Below, one piece after another: positions 51,031 through 64,000 of a DNA stretch of 64,000 nucleotides. The translations under genes and the position numbers were made by a program. Numbering within the stretch: the first letter of the stretch is position 1; each line of letters begins with the position of its first letter. This stretch comes from Octopus vulgaris (taxonomy: Eukaryota): NCBI GenBank assembly GCA_951406725.2, contig OX597831.1, positions 61,690,001-61,754,000 on the forward strand, read 5' to 3'. The notes beneath the pieces are model-generated. The model did not search any database. It saw only the letters and a program-made list of their open reading frames with translations, and was not told the DNA's origin.

Positions 51031-52617
51031 CTATTTGTTTAGCAGACTGAACAACCATGTAGTGGAAGTTGCATTGTTGTGTCGTTCAGTTAACCCTGTT
51101 ATTTACCAATGCATAAAACCCTAAACATCTTAAATAGAATTGTCACTGATAGCTGAACATACAATGAATCACTGATGGTTTTACAGTTATGTCTGTTGGT
51201 AGAATGTTAAGTTCCTTGTTGCCGTAGTTTATGAATGCTACTTCCAAATTTCATTCATCTCTGTCTGCGCCTTTCTTCGTCAGTCTTTCTCTATTTACAT
51301 CTCTATTTTATTTACTTCTTTCTCTTTACGTTTTATATTTTTGAGTCTACCTATTTCTTCCTTTCCGTTTTTATATCTAGACTAAGTGGAAGTGCCCATG
51401 TAACTTGTTAGAAATTATCAACCTAACCCCTTAGATCACAACCTGTAGTTTTAAAGCAGGAAGTTCAAACCGAACAATATGATCATAATTACACTTTTCT
51501 TTTGAGAACAAAAGATAGAATGGGGATAGTTGGAATTCTTTGATCATAGGTTAGTCCAGTGAAGTCTGTACTGGACTTATGAACAACTACAAATACACAT
51601 TTCCAAGCCACACTCTCTGGCATTCTGTGACCATTTATTGAATAAAATCGTTTACTGTTGCTGTCAAGAAGAATTGTATTTTTCTATTATTGTTTTCAAA
51701 ATAGAAAACAAAAAAGACAGAGAAAGACAGTACACTTGAGGGTGAGTATATGGTCAAATATTGTGATCTTAATATTTGACCAGTTCTTATTTTGTCGAAA
51801 TTAGTAGGACCACCGGTGAAGCTTACATCTAGCATATTTGAAACACAGAACATAAATGGCTGTAACTAAATACGGAAAGTAATTTTTTCTGGTACATTTA
51901 CAATTCATACGATTCATCACCCTTCAATATATTACTTCTAATAATCATTTTATTATTTGCCACAAAATGGACGGATAATGGAATATTACAATGAAAAATT
52001 GACGATAACTCTGAGATATTATGCACAAATGATTTCATAAAAACAGTCTTGGGAAGAAACATTAAACAACAGACCAGAATGGTAATTTCTCAGTTGGGGA
52101 ATAGATATTTATCCGAATTACCCTAGCTATTAATGATAATCTCCCTTCATTTAAAGACATGCGTAGTAAATTCATTTGATAGGATAATCCTCACTAGATC
52201 ATCAAGCTTTCGAGGAATTCATAGCATATCCCTCTCCATCCTCACTTTCAGATTGGTTTGATAATAGCCTTGTGCTGAACTTAATGATAGTCGTTGCTTG
52301 TTTGTTTTTTTAATGATGTCCAATACATAACCGCTCACGTCACAGCCTCTAGAGAGAGAGGAGAAATCCTTAAGTTCCTCTACAAATGAAAGGAGATTAA
52401 ATAACCTTTACAAGGAACTCAGATGAAGGTTGGATTCTTAAGCTTGACAACAGCTCTTCGACAGAATTTCACAGATCATCAATTCTCGGGATATTGTTGG
52501 ATGAAACGATTTCTCGCCCTCATGCATCTTGGTCGGGCACAACTGACAGCAATGCGGTGCTATAGTGTTTTTACAACCAATCTTAAACTGGTAGTACATA
52601 CCAGTAACACTGTCAAT

Positions 52618-52817
52618 CGAGCTGGCATAATCGTTAGCACGCCGGGCGAAATGCGTAGCCGTATTTCGTCCGCCGAGGTCGACTTTGCCTTTCATCCTTT
52701 CGGGGTCGATTAAATAAGTACCAGTTACGCACTGGGGCCGATATAATCGACTTAATCCGTTTGTCTGTCGTTGTTTGTTCTCTCTGTGTTTAGCTCCTTG
52801 TGGGTAGTAACGAAATA
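52618..52817 (+). mobile_element. SINE family B with internal deletion
   Basis: Head and tail present; B-box segment deleted. Confidence 0.85.
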
Positions 52818-53508
52818 GGTATTGATCAGCCCCTGATCAGTACCAATCAAGTAGGCATATGATCAAATTAGTTCTTGCTATGCCTATATTGTGGTCTTGT
52901 TTTCAGATGTAGTTTTATCTACTACTGTATTAATCAACGTGTCTTTAAATTATTTTGGTGTGATAGAGGTGTGTTGGAATGAGATTTGGCTGCAGTTTCT
53001 AGCAGATCTAGCATGAATATCAAAAGCATCCTTCTTGGGATGTTAAATATTAAAAGCATTGTTTTGAATGCTAGGCTTGAATGACTGATCTGATTTGCTT
53101 TGTTCTGGTGGAATTGGTGATAGATTAAGAAGCTTGTTTGGGCGAGGTTTTAAGACACATGCAGGACTGTATGGAAAGGTGAAGCGTTAGGTATAGCAAT
53201 ACCACTGGCTTTGCCGAATTAATGCTTCTCTTCAAGATACTTATACTTTAATTTATATCATAAATATATAAAATCCGAAATACCTCACATATTGTTGATA
53301 GTGAGTGGCTAAATATCTTGTGAAGGAATTACTATTCTATGTCTGTCAAATACTGTAACGTTACCTATCTTGCTAAACTAAAAATATTTTACGTCGTATC
53401 AAAATCATGTCATAATCATTTTTTATATTTCTAACCATGCTTCGTTATGTCAATATTTCTCTATTTACATCTCTATCATGATTTAACCCTTTCTCAGTCA
53501 GCTTAATT

Positions 53509-53895
53509 GAATCTTTTCGGTTTGAACGGCAGTTTTTTTTAAAATAATTTCCACGTAACTAAACACTTTTAAACTTCGTATACTGGTAGAATGTGTTTAT
53601 AAAGCATTCTATAGTTTGTAAGATATTTGTTGTTTTTTCTTCAATTCCTGCAATTTCGACCAATCAATGACGTCTATTGAGGTGAAAACATTCTGTGCCG
53701 TATGAATATGTCCCTCGTTTAAGAAACAGATTGGATTTATTTACATTTGTGAAGAAAAAAGATACCCTTCCCCCACCCCGAACCCTAACCTTAAAATAGA
53801 TTGAAATGCAATAGATCGATACTAGGGTCATAATTATGGGTGACAATTTCATATGACACCGCTAGAAAAAACTGCCGTTCAAACCGAAAAGATCC
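53509..53895 (-). mobile_element. Merlin-like telomeric MITE (copy 3)
   Basis: TSD GCTTAATT/GCTTCATT; same TIRs. Confidence 0.85.
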
Positions 53896-54532
53896 GCTTC
53901 ATTTACCCCCGTATCCATATAATTTACTTAATTTTATATTTATGTTTGACCGTAACAGTAAAATCTGTTTCAAATCACACCTTATTTTCTTAATTAAAAT
54001 AGGAAAGATATTGATTAGTGATTTACTAGTTGCATACTAAAAATTAAAAAAACAAAATAGTGTAGTTACGGCTTTAGCGTCTTTGATCAAAGTTCTGCTC
54101 GATTAGCTTTCAGCTGGAGTAATTACCAACAATATACAATGATATACTGACTCCCTTCACCGTTCTGTGAACACAAGTGTTCGGTATTCAATAAGATCAC
54201 TTATTATTATGCTTATGTAGAATCCTAATTACTAATTATTGTCAAAGAAAACGGAAGGCCAGAACATATTTCTTGATCAGGAGTAAAAGAGCAATGAAAT
54301 CGAAGACTGTTATTGATAATGTAATGTAATGGACACGAAAGAATGAAAGACAAAATTGACATCGGATGGATTGGAACACTCAACGCAAATGGCCGTAACT
54401 AAAAGCTCAACATATTTTATCCAAATTTCTATTGATTCTGCAAATACATCGTCTATAATATCTCTAATATTAATTTCATTGGAACGACAGGGTCGGAAAC
54501 TGAATGTGTTTTTGTGTAATTATGGACACATA

Positions 54533-54695
54533 GGCGCAGGAGTGGCTGTGTGGTAAGTAGCTTGCTTACCAACCACATGGTTCTGGGTTCAGTCCCACTG
54601 CGCGGCATCTTGGGCAAGTGTCTTCTGCTATAGCCCCGGGCCGACCAATGCCTTGTGAGTGGATTTGGTAGACGGAAACTGAAAGAAGCCTGTCG

Positions 54696-54726
<31 letters not shown>

Positions 54727-54909
54727 ATATATTTGTGTGTCTGTGTTTGTCCCCCTAGCATTGCTTGACAAACGATGCTGGTGTGTTTACGTCTCCGTCA
54801 CTTAGCGGTTCGGCAAAAGAGACCGATAGAATAAGTACTGGGCTTACAAAGAATAAGTCCCGGGGTCGATTTGCTCGACTAAAGGCGGTGCTTCAGCATG
54901 GCTGCAGTC
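54533..54909 (+). mobile_element. SINE family A, young copy, tail clipped
   Basis: CpG-rich, near-consensus sequence. Confidence 0.9.
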
Positions 54910-55692
54910 TATTTTCAAAGAGTTGAAAATAGATGACAAATGATAGGTAAAAAAAGATACGTACTTGAGCTTAGAAAAGTCATACAATTTACAATTTTTA
55001 TTTTTAAATATTACTTGTGTAATATATAAGAGGTTAGAGTAGGTTATTTTCAAACATTAGTGGAATAGCTAATGGTAAAAGGGAATAAGTAAATTTAGAC
55101 GAATGTAGTGCAACAAGAAATTATCGAATTTAGAGTACATGATTTGAACTGCAATTAATATAGGGAAGTGTATTTTGGGTGTTAACATACCTTTATAAGT
55201 TCATTAGGTAAAAATAAACGAACTTAATGTTAAGGCAGGAAAATGTTTAGTTATATCTTGAATACACATGAGACTTTTCTAAATACATAGAGAAGATTGA
55301 ATCGAAGTATATTATAAAGATATATAAAAACAAAACAAAAAAACTATATGCATTTGGAAATGGAGAAAGGTTTGTTAGTCTAATAACATAAAGGGCAAAA
55401 AGAAGAAATAACTAGGTAAAGAGAACTAAAATAGATATTGTGTTAATTGGAATAGTTCGGTTCGTTGGGGTGTGGTTTTGAAGATAAATACGTAAGTAAC
55501 TAATATAACATTAAAAAAAAATATTAGTTAAAGGATTAGATAAGGTGTAACGGTTGGATGATTAGGATGGTTGTGACGAAAGCCAGAATTATAGAATAAT
55601 GACAAAAATAAAACAATCAGTTAGTTAATTAGATGTATTTAAATCAGATTCAGATATACAGTCAAAAGATCGATTATTATTAGAATATATAT

Positions 55693-55911
55693 ATTTCTTT
55701 ATTGCCCACAAGGGGCTAAACATAGAGGGGACAAAGAAGGACAGACAAAGGTATTAAGTCGATTACATCGACCCCAGTATGTAACTGGTACTTTATTTAT
55801 CGACCCCGAAAGGATGAAAGGCAAAGTCGACCTCGGCGGAATTTGAACTCACAACGTAACGACAGACGAAATACGGCTACGCATTTCGCCCGACATGCTA
55901 ACGTTTCTGCC
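55693..55911 (-). mobile_element. SINE family B
   Basis: Reverse complement of family B. Confidence 0.9.
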
Positions 55912-56699
55912 GTTATAGTCGGTCAAATGGGTTGTCTAATGTATAATGAATAAAAGTAATGTGCAAAAAGTGGAAGGAAGCGATATGTGAGACAACAGAA
56001 AATAAATTTTGTTATAAAGAACGAAATATACTAAATATTTATGCATCGTATTACTGATGTAGGAAAAAAAGATAATGAAGTTGTATTGGCTAGTTATATT
56101 TTGATAACTTGGTTTATGGCAAGTAACTATTTGATTAAAAATCGGCTATGTAAACCTAGGGATAAGAAAATTCTATTGCAGTGGGGAAAGTAAAGAAATA
56201 GAAATATGTGTTTCTCTAAATAAGACTGGTACAAGAGTGAGGTAATCAATGAAATGATGTATTGGAGATAGAAAGAACATTATTAAGGTATATTAATAAG
56301 ACTTCTAAGGGGAGTAATTAGAATTAAATTAATTTATCAGCAAGAATTATGTATGGATATAGGATTTAGTTTGATGCTGAAGATATGTTTTCAGGATTTT
56401 ATATATACATAAAGGAATCCTTTCAACCGATAAAAGACAAACTAGAGAACTACTGATGAGTTTTAACATATAATTTTTTCATGAAAAATCACAAATATTT
56501 GGTTGTCATACATTAGATTAATAAACTATAATTGAAAAGACAGTGGAATAATTGCCTAATATCTATTTAGGAAATTTCTTGCTAATATTAAAGAAATCTT
56601 CCGCTGAGGATGACTTTGCCTTTCGGGGTCGATAAAATAAGTACCAGTCGACTTACTCCCTCTTTCAATCTTGCTGGTCTTGTGTCAAAATTTGAAGCC

Positions 56700-57750
56700 A
56701 ATATTAAAGAAGTCACACCTAACCTTTATGGAAAGACACCCGAGGGATAACCGAGGTAATTAGATTAACTGCACACCAAGTTAACACTAAAAATCCAGAA
56801 TTTGGCATAAAAGAATACCTCTCGCTTTTCATGCTACCGATTAATCCCCTTACTCTGTGATAGATAATATTATCACGTTCGTGAAATTTGTCATTTCTTG
56901 GGCTATCTTTCCATATAGCTCCAATATTATGTTTCGCAATAGTGATGTCGGATTATATAGAGACGATGGTCTACTAGTTTTGAAATCGCAAGAAACATGC
57001 ATATCTGAAGATATGTAGATTGACTATTACCAAGAAAGACATCATTACTAAAATCAACTTTTTAAAAATGTTAATTTAGATTTGTTGGTTTCTTGAAGGA
57101 AACCAAGTGAAATTTTGCAATATATACGCAAATATTTTAATGTTATTAAATTTCGATTATCTTAACTCTGTTGATTAGGATTTTGCTACAGAATCTAAAC
57201 CTTCAAACTACTTTAGATCATTAACGTCCACGGAATAGATTGTATGAAATAATTTTTTCTCAGAACTTACACTCATCTAGTTTGTAAAAGCTAAACTCAA
57301 CCAATGATATTAATCTTAATGTTTCGAAATTCTAACTAACCTTAGTTTGTATATCCTAGAATATAAATGCTTTGTTCGTGATATAGTATATCAATGCAAT
57401 ACAGAAAATAAGTATTCAAAATATACATTTATCCCTGTTAACCCCTTATCTTTTAATATGATCTTTACTAATCACATTTAGAATCAGCATAAGAATTACT
57501 GAAAATTTGTCTCATTTCATAAGGAAGCTGAAAAACTGAGTTTAACTTACAACCTAAAATGAGGCGACACAGGTTGCAAATTATATTGGTTTTTATGTAC
57601 ATCTGAGAGCATAGTCAACCTCCACAGCAAAAATTGTGAAAGGATGTTTCTTTTACTAAGAAAATCCTGGAAACATATCCACACCATAATATTAGATCCT
57701 ACACACGTGAGTCATTCTTATTTACAAGTAAGAATTATCTAATTATATTT
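56700..57750 (+). mobile_element. Highly decayed PLE
   Basis: DVGLYRDDGLLVL at 56944-56982; YIG remnant near 57582. Confidence 0.6.
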
Positions 57751-58792
57751 AGATCTTGCTCCAATCTCTTTCATTTACCGTATTCATATACTTCTATTAT
57801 TGCTATCAACATATATTTATGGCAAGATCTTCGTTTCTCTATCACAACAGAAATAACTATCCTCTCCCCAAGTTCACTTAACTTTCATTTTCCTAGCAAC
57901 ATTATTCATTAAAAGTACAAAAAAAAAGGCCCTTCGTTTCGAAAATAGAATTAACCTACTCTCTTCTAAACTTGATTATCTTTTAACTAACTCCAATTAG
58001 TTACATAAATAATTAGTATATTTCCTTCTATAATACAATTTATTTTCATTTGTGCCACATATCTATTTCTTCCAACTTTAACACATTACTTTCGTGTACA
58101 CTAGTTTAAGCTCATTGTTTAACTATATCTCCTTCCAATGATATTCAATTTCCCCAAGGAATATATCGGAATTTCGTTTAATACTTATACTTAATTACTT
58201 CTAACTTACTACTTATTAATATTTTACACACCCTCTTTCTTCACAAGCAAGCTAATCACCCAACCACAATATTTTATATAATTCTTTAATGCTTTCTTTC
58301 CATTTGTTACTCCATTCTTATCTGTAAAACCACACCCCCAACATTTGAACTACTCCAATTAGCACTATATCCAGGTTACTTCTCTTTAGCTAGTTATTTG
58401 TTTTACTTCTTATTATTCATGTTATCTCGCTAATTAGTCTTCTCCATTTCAGAATGCTATTTTTAAGGGGAAGTCCGGAAATAACGGTCTGGAGCGGAAA
58501 ATTTTCAAAACAAATCGGTGGCCGTCAAATTCATGTTGGCTTCTGCGCCTGAAGCAATTTTTCATGACGTTTATTACAATCTATATTATACATCTCATTT
58601 AAATGTTTTTTAAGTTTAAGTTTAGACCGAGAGGCTTGTATTAGTCTAGCTTTAGGGTTCGTGATTAGGTTTAGAGAGGGAAGTAAAGGGACCAGATGTT
58701 GACGGTCGGAAAACTCTATTTTGTGTTGAAATTTATGTTCATAGTTTTAGCAGCTGGTTTTAAAAATTTATTTCAGAATTATAAAAAACTGA

Positions 58793-59223
58793 GGGTCGTT
58801 TCGGCTTGAATGGCAGTTTTTAAAAAATAATTTCCACGTAACTAAACACTTTTAAACTTCGTATACTGGTAGAATGTGTTTATAAAACACCTTTTTCTCT
58901 TGGCTTTATTGTGAAAATTCTATAGTTTGTAAGATATTTGTTGTTTTTTTTCTTCTTCAATTTCTGCAATTTCAACCAATCAATGACGTCTATTGAGGTG
59001 AAAATGTTCTGTGCCGTATGAATATGTCCCTCGTTTAAGAAACAGATTGGGTTTATTTACATTTGTGAAGAAAAAAAGATACCCTTTCCCCCACCCCTAA
59101 ATCTAACTAACCCTAACCCTAAAATAGACTGAAATGCAATAGATCGATACTAGGGTCATAATTACGAGTGACAATTTCATATGACACCGCTAGAAAAAAC
59201 TGCCGTTCAAACCGAAAAGATCC
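58793..59223 (-). mobile_element. Merlin-like telomeric MITE (copy 4)
   Basis: Same TIRs and body; partial TSD AAAACTGA/AAAACCTT. Confidence 0.85.
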
Positions 59224-59476
59224 AAAACCTTATTTATATAGTGGTGTAGCGTGGTTATGATGAATGACTTGTCAGTTTACATACATCTTTTATTGCTACG
59301 TTATTACAAGACATTCATGCAATACAAGCAGAGTCAATCCTATATCAACATCGTATTTTAAAGGTGCTGGAGATCTTCTGCAGAAATTCGATAATTAGGC
59401 TAATTTTTCACATCGATGCATATTCATGTGGCCTTGTTGATTCTTCATCCATCTCCGGGTTGAGTACAGCGATGTA

Positions 59477-60032
59477 TTGGGTTGTCCGGAAAGTTCGTGC
59501 CGATTTAAAGTAGCTTAACTTTCGACTTATTTTAGAACATGGTTGAGTCCATAAAATAGGATTTGACTACACCACCATTTAGAATACAGATTAAGCTATC
59601 TTTTCGTGGAAGAAGATTTATGTTCCTATAACCTGTGTTACTTCTGTAACCCTTTAAAATGGGAGATAAGAAAGTTCATTTTCGGCACTTGATGCTTTGG
59701 GAACCAGACAAAAACTGCTGCAGCTCGGCTGGGATGTGTTACCCTGTACTCCATATTTACCAGATATTGCTCCTTCGGATTTCCACTTATTCAGGTCTCT
59801 GCAGAATAGTCTTTATGGTAAAAATTTCAATTCCTTAGATGACGTAAAAAGATACATTGATGAACTCTTTGCCATGAAACCACCTCCATTCTGGGAAGAG
59901 GGTATTTTCAAGTTAAAGAAAAGATGAAGATGCATTGTACAAGAAAATGGTTCATATTTGGTTGATTAAAAATGTAATGGCAAGTATTTATTGACCTTTT
60001 TCTTTCGTTTAAAAATCGGCACGAACTTTCCG
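59477..60032 (+). mobile_element. Internally deleted derivative of the mariner at 45709-46990
   Basis: Same TIR; MGDKKVHFRHLML fused in frame to GTRQKLLQLGW..PYLPDIAPSDFHLF; right TIR clipped. Confidence 0.9.
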
Positions 60033-60275
60033 CACAAAATCGGTATTTAGGCAGTGTGTTACATATCCCAGTGTCCCAATAATTACAGGTATAAACTTGG
60101 ACTTATAATCTGGATAGAGTAGTAGCAGATTACTCATTAGTTCAGTGTAGGTATTTATTTTTCCGTTGATCTTTAGTTTTATGTTAATATCTGTTGGGCA
60201 GCTGATTTCTACAGCTGTACACAGTTTCTCTCCCTTATTCCAAATTATTATGTCAGATCTATTATGTTCACATAT
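60033..60275 (-). mobile_element. R4/Dong-like LINE restriction-like endonuclease fragment
   Basis: HNRSDIIIWNK.EKLC..VEISCP.D.N...K..TY.EL...FIPVIIG.LG (PD-(D/E)xK-type RLE); abuts (TATG)n at 60276-60445. Confidence 0.75.
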
Positions 60276-60595
60276 TATGTATGTATGTATGTATGTATGT
60301 ATGTATGTATGTATATATGTTTGTATGTATGTATGTGTATATGTATGTATATGTTTGTATGTATGTGTATATGTATGTGTATATGTATGTATATATGTGT
60401 GTATGTATGTGTGTATGTATGTGTATATGTATGTATGTATGTATTTCTTATCGAGTGTGTGTGTGTGTAATTCAATTATCTGAGTAGAGATAATTGAGCT
60501 ATGTATATATTCATATAATTTCATTTTCTCTATTCAGAAAATTAATACGCTTAATTAATTTAGGACACAAGCAAGTTTTTACTGTGATTTTACTA

Positions 60596-60657
<62 letters not shown>

Positions 60658-60871
60658 CCTTCGCTTATTTTCATCAAAGAAACCCGTATAGGTCCATATA
60701 TAAACTAACAACTTTCCTGTTCTCTTCTCTGTATTAAACGAAATCCACTTTATGTGCCTTACTTCACAAGTGTTACAACAGAACATTGTTTCACTTAAGC
60801 AATCATGACTGGCTGTTAGAACGCGCCATAGAAAAATTACGAGAAAATGCCAGATATTCATTCGAGATTCA

Positions 60872-61308
60872 GAACGGCAGTTTTTTTCTAGCGGTGTCAT
60901 ATGAAATTGTCACCCATAATTATGACCCTAGTATCGATCTATTGCATTTCAATCTATTTTAGGGTTAGGGTTAGTTAGGGTTAGTTAGGGTTAGTGTTAG
61001 GGTTAGGGGTGGAGGGAAGGGTGTCTTTTTTTCTTCAGAAATGTAATTGAACCCAATCTGTTTCTTAAACGAGGGACATATTCATACGGCACAGAATGTT
61101 TTCACCTCAATAGACGTCATTGATTGGTTGAAATTGCAGAAATTGAAGGAAAAAAAACGACCAATATCTCACAAACTATAGAATTTTCTCAATAAAGCCA
61201 AGAGAAAAAGGTGTTTTATAAACACATTCTACCAGTATACGAAGTTTAAAATTTTTTAATTACGTGGAAATTATTTTTAAAAAACTGCCGTTCAAACCGA
61301 AAAGATCC
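60872..61308 (+). mobile_element. Merlin-like telomeric MITE (copy 5), left TIR clipped
   Basis: Longest TTAGGG/TTAG tract, at 60959-61008. Confidence 0.85.
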
Positions 61309-61742
61309 TTAAAAATGGCTGAGAACCACTAATTTTAAATACATTCAGTAAAATAAGCAGACCATCACCGAAAAAGATCCAGTCAAGCCAATCTCATCTT
61401 CATTTTACAACATAGTTATTCATATAGTACTCACATACTCCTGAATGTCCCTTCCAATAATTGAAGTGTATGATTTGAGTGAGTACTTGGCTGTTACTTT
61501 TAGCTACCTGAACTTTCACGAAGTGATTCCATCGCTGAATCTTTCAATTAATTATATTACAAAAATATGAAATCTAGATCCTCATGAATACTATTGACAG
61601 CGATAGCTAGACAGCCAAAGATTTTGATGAATTAATGTTGATTTTAAAGTAGTCTGTCACATCCTATAATGTTGTGTACTGTGTTGCCATAGTTATATAT
61701 CTGTTACGTCATAATAACATCTTATCTCTCTACGTAGTTTCC

Positions 61743-61787
<45 letters not shown>

Positions 61788-62134
61788 CCTTGCTCGCTCG
61801 CTCTTTCTTTTTACATATCTGCCTCTTTCATCTATTTGAATGTTTTGCGTTCTTGTCCCATTTTGTATTTATATATATATATTTTTTATACATCTATTAT
61901 ATTTACTCCTTTATCTGTTTGCTTATTTACCTAGTTCTTCCCGTCTTTTTCACTACACCTCTTTCTTTATACATCGAATAAGCCTTCGTCTTCACTCGAA
62001 CTTTTTGAAATAGTAGCTATAACACCCTCTAGCCAGCTACTATCGTCTTAAAACAGGAAGAACAGTACATTAGATTGCATTGAAGCTGCTTTCGCGTTTT
62101 CCCGTGACTCTCAGTCGCCATCCAATTCCATTAT

Positions 62135-63250
62135 TTTGAACTTGAACTGGGAGACTGAGTCATAATGAATCTTTCATTAGCTGATTGCACAACCATGGAC
62201 GCTACACCTAAGCAGTTCAAGATACCGGCAACTCAGACAGTCGCCCGGGGCGCCATATGTTAGGGGGCACCAAGGAGGGTGTGACAAAGACAAGGAAATT
62301 TCCACGACCGTCAGCTTGTTCACGCCAAATTTCAGCTTGTCCGGGGTGGTAGCAACCCTAGGGTCCCCAAAGTCCATTCTTCCTAACCGTGGTGGGGAAT
62401 CAAACAATGAAACAATGAAAAACTTAAGCCAATACATAAGATTATTTAATTTATATTATTTAAATATATAAATCTGATTTTTCCCTGTAAGTTTGGATTT
62501 ATTCCCTAATATTTATTATATATATATATATATTGAACTTGAACTGGTAGCAACGGGTAGTGTCAGAGCTATGAGGCGGGAACTTCGGTTCCTGGTAGGG
62601 CCACCCAAGGCGGATTGGTCTGACACCGAGTGGTATTAGGGCCACAACCCGGCAGACGGTGAAAATCCTCGGAGTGTCTGTTTCGGCAACCGGCGGCTCC
62701 TCGGTCGTTCTGTCCCTGCGTCTGCGGACAATCTGCGGCAAACAGGATGTCTCTACATGTGGGATTGTTGGGGACCGCTTGTAAAATCCGCATATTCCCA
62801 AGAAAATTCTTCCGTGGTAGAAGAAGCCGACTCAACCCGCCCAGGGTGAATGTCGTCACAAGTACAAATAAGTAGGGTCGGCCCTGCTCCTAAGGATGCG
62901 CTACAGTTACTTTCTTGATACAGTTTGGTTATATTGACCGCTGATCTTCTAGGATTCTTCCGCTCAGAATCAATGTAAGATGCACCATTGACTCATTTGA
63001 GCTCTTTACTACCTCTTGACAATCCGCCATGCTGTAGTCGCATAGTTACGGGTTGTCCTTTGGCGGGGCATAGCACCCGTTCAGACACCGTGTCAGGCCA
63101 TTAGCTAAGCTAATTGAAGATGCGTCTTTTGATGAAAATGATGAGATGCTCGTGGTTGAAGCGGTTTTTGATGTTAAGTTTGCTCCATCAAAGTTCGGTC
63201 CAGTCTAATCGTCAGCAACAACGCCCAGCGATGGCGTCCAACGTTTCAGT
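62135..63250. mobile_element. GC/CpG-rich element(s), possibly a non-LTR retrotransposon 5' region
   Basis: Two segments each starting TTGAACTTGAACTGG (near 62136 and 62533); minus-strand GGGTGGCCCTACCAGGA..CATAGCTCT resembles RTE 5' UTR motifs; no recognisable ORF. Confidence 0.4.
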
Positions 63251-63514
63251 GTTTAATAATATTTTCAATTATTGCTGTATCTAAGAACAATCCATCCAAT
63301 TAGTCAATTATTAAACAGACGCACGGATTGCTATTATCATTCTCTTCTGTATTCTACCATTAACTGGTGTAGTGTAAGAAACTATTTTTGTCACACTCCG
63401 CTGCTCTGTTCACCGATCTCTCTTTAATATCGACGAAGTTTCCAATTGATAATTTATTAAAGACACTATTTATTTACGTAGGCATTCATTTATTTTCTGT
63501 TGTTGTTGCTATCG

Positions 63515-63622
63515 TAACCATCACCATCATCATCATCATCATCATCATCGTCATCGTCGTCGTCGTCGTCATCATCATCATCATCGTCATCATCGTCATC
63601 ATCGTCATCATCGTCGTCGTCG

Positions 63623-63677
<55 letters not shown>

Positions 63678-63720
63678 TGTCATCGTCGTCGTCATCACCA
63701 TCATCATCATCACCATCATC

Positions 63721-63785
<65 letters not shown>

Positions 63786-63865
63786 TGTCATCGTGGTCGT
63801 CATCACCATCATCATCATCACCATCATCAACAGCAGCAGCAGTAGTAGTAGCAGTATCGTCATCA
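63515..63865. repeat. Compound (CAT/CGT/CAC)n trinucleotide microsatellite
   Basis: Source of the poly-I, poly-M, poly-D and poly-S ORFs. Confidence 0.95.
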
Positions 63866-63964
63866 AACAATGTACAAATTAAAATGTGTAGACACGATGT
63901 GGGAGTAGGAATGGCGGAAGTGTATTTATAAGTTTACAGAGAATAGCCTGCTTTCTCCTAAATA

Positions 63965-63990
63965 ATATTTACATTTACACTCTTCTTCAG
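63965..63990 (+). other. Candidate 3' splice acceptor
   Basis: TTTACATTTACACTCTTCTTCAG|GTGACC; an exon would begin at 63991. Confidence 0.35.
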
Positions 63991-64000
63991 GTGACCTCAC

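Noticed and set aside
56445-56510. CTGATGAG as a hammerhead
   Set aside because: Stems I-III cannot be formed convincingly
58465-58720. Second element with telomere-like TTTAGG repeats
   Set aside because: Single degenerate copy; TIRs and TSD could not be defined
63195-63250. Permuted (type II) hammerhead on the minus strand: GAAACGTT...CTGACGA
   Set aside because: Stem II does not pair and stem I is not adjacent to the core
63388-63931. Poly-D, poly-M, poly-I and poly-S ORFs
   Set aside because: Open frames arise from a (CAT)n-type microsatellite

Overview
AT-rich, repeat-saturated animal genomic DNA, probably intronic or intergenic. The tRNA-derived SINE families, (TA)n/(CAT)n microsatellites and TTAGGG repeats fit an octopus or other coleoid cephalopod; this is inferred from repeat style, not a database result. 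No intact host gene is evident, only weak + strand exon candidates near 12.5-13.0 kb and a splice acceptor at the right edge. Most listed ORFs are microsatellite artefacts. Content: four tRNA-headed SINE families (about 35 copies) with interchangeable 3' tails; decayed CR1-, RTE- and R4/Dong-like LINE fragments; several decayed Penelope-like elements (PLEs; RT and GIY-YIG motifs); a full-length mellifera-type mariner and its deletion derivative; piggyBac-type TTAA MITEs; and five copies of an 8-bp-TSD MITE carrying telomeric repeats. The main unannotated signal is a set of about ten sequence-diverse type I hammerhead ribozyme motifs (CUGANGA...GAAA...NUH with palindromic stem III). They lie in short units docked at (TA)n tracts, at PLE 3' ends, in the arms or loop of long inverted repeats, and (one remnant) downstream of a tRNA-like Pol III head. 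This suggests a microsatellite-targeting, PLE-driven family of ribozyme retroelements. All alignments and folds were done by eye; boundaries of decayed elements are approximate.
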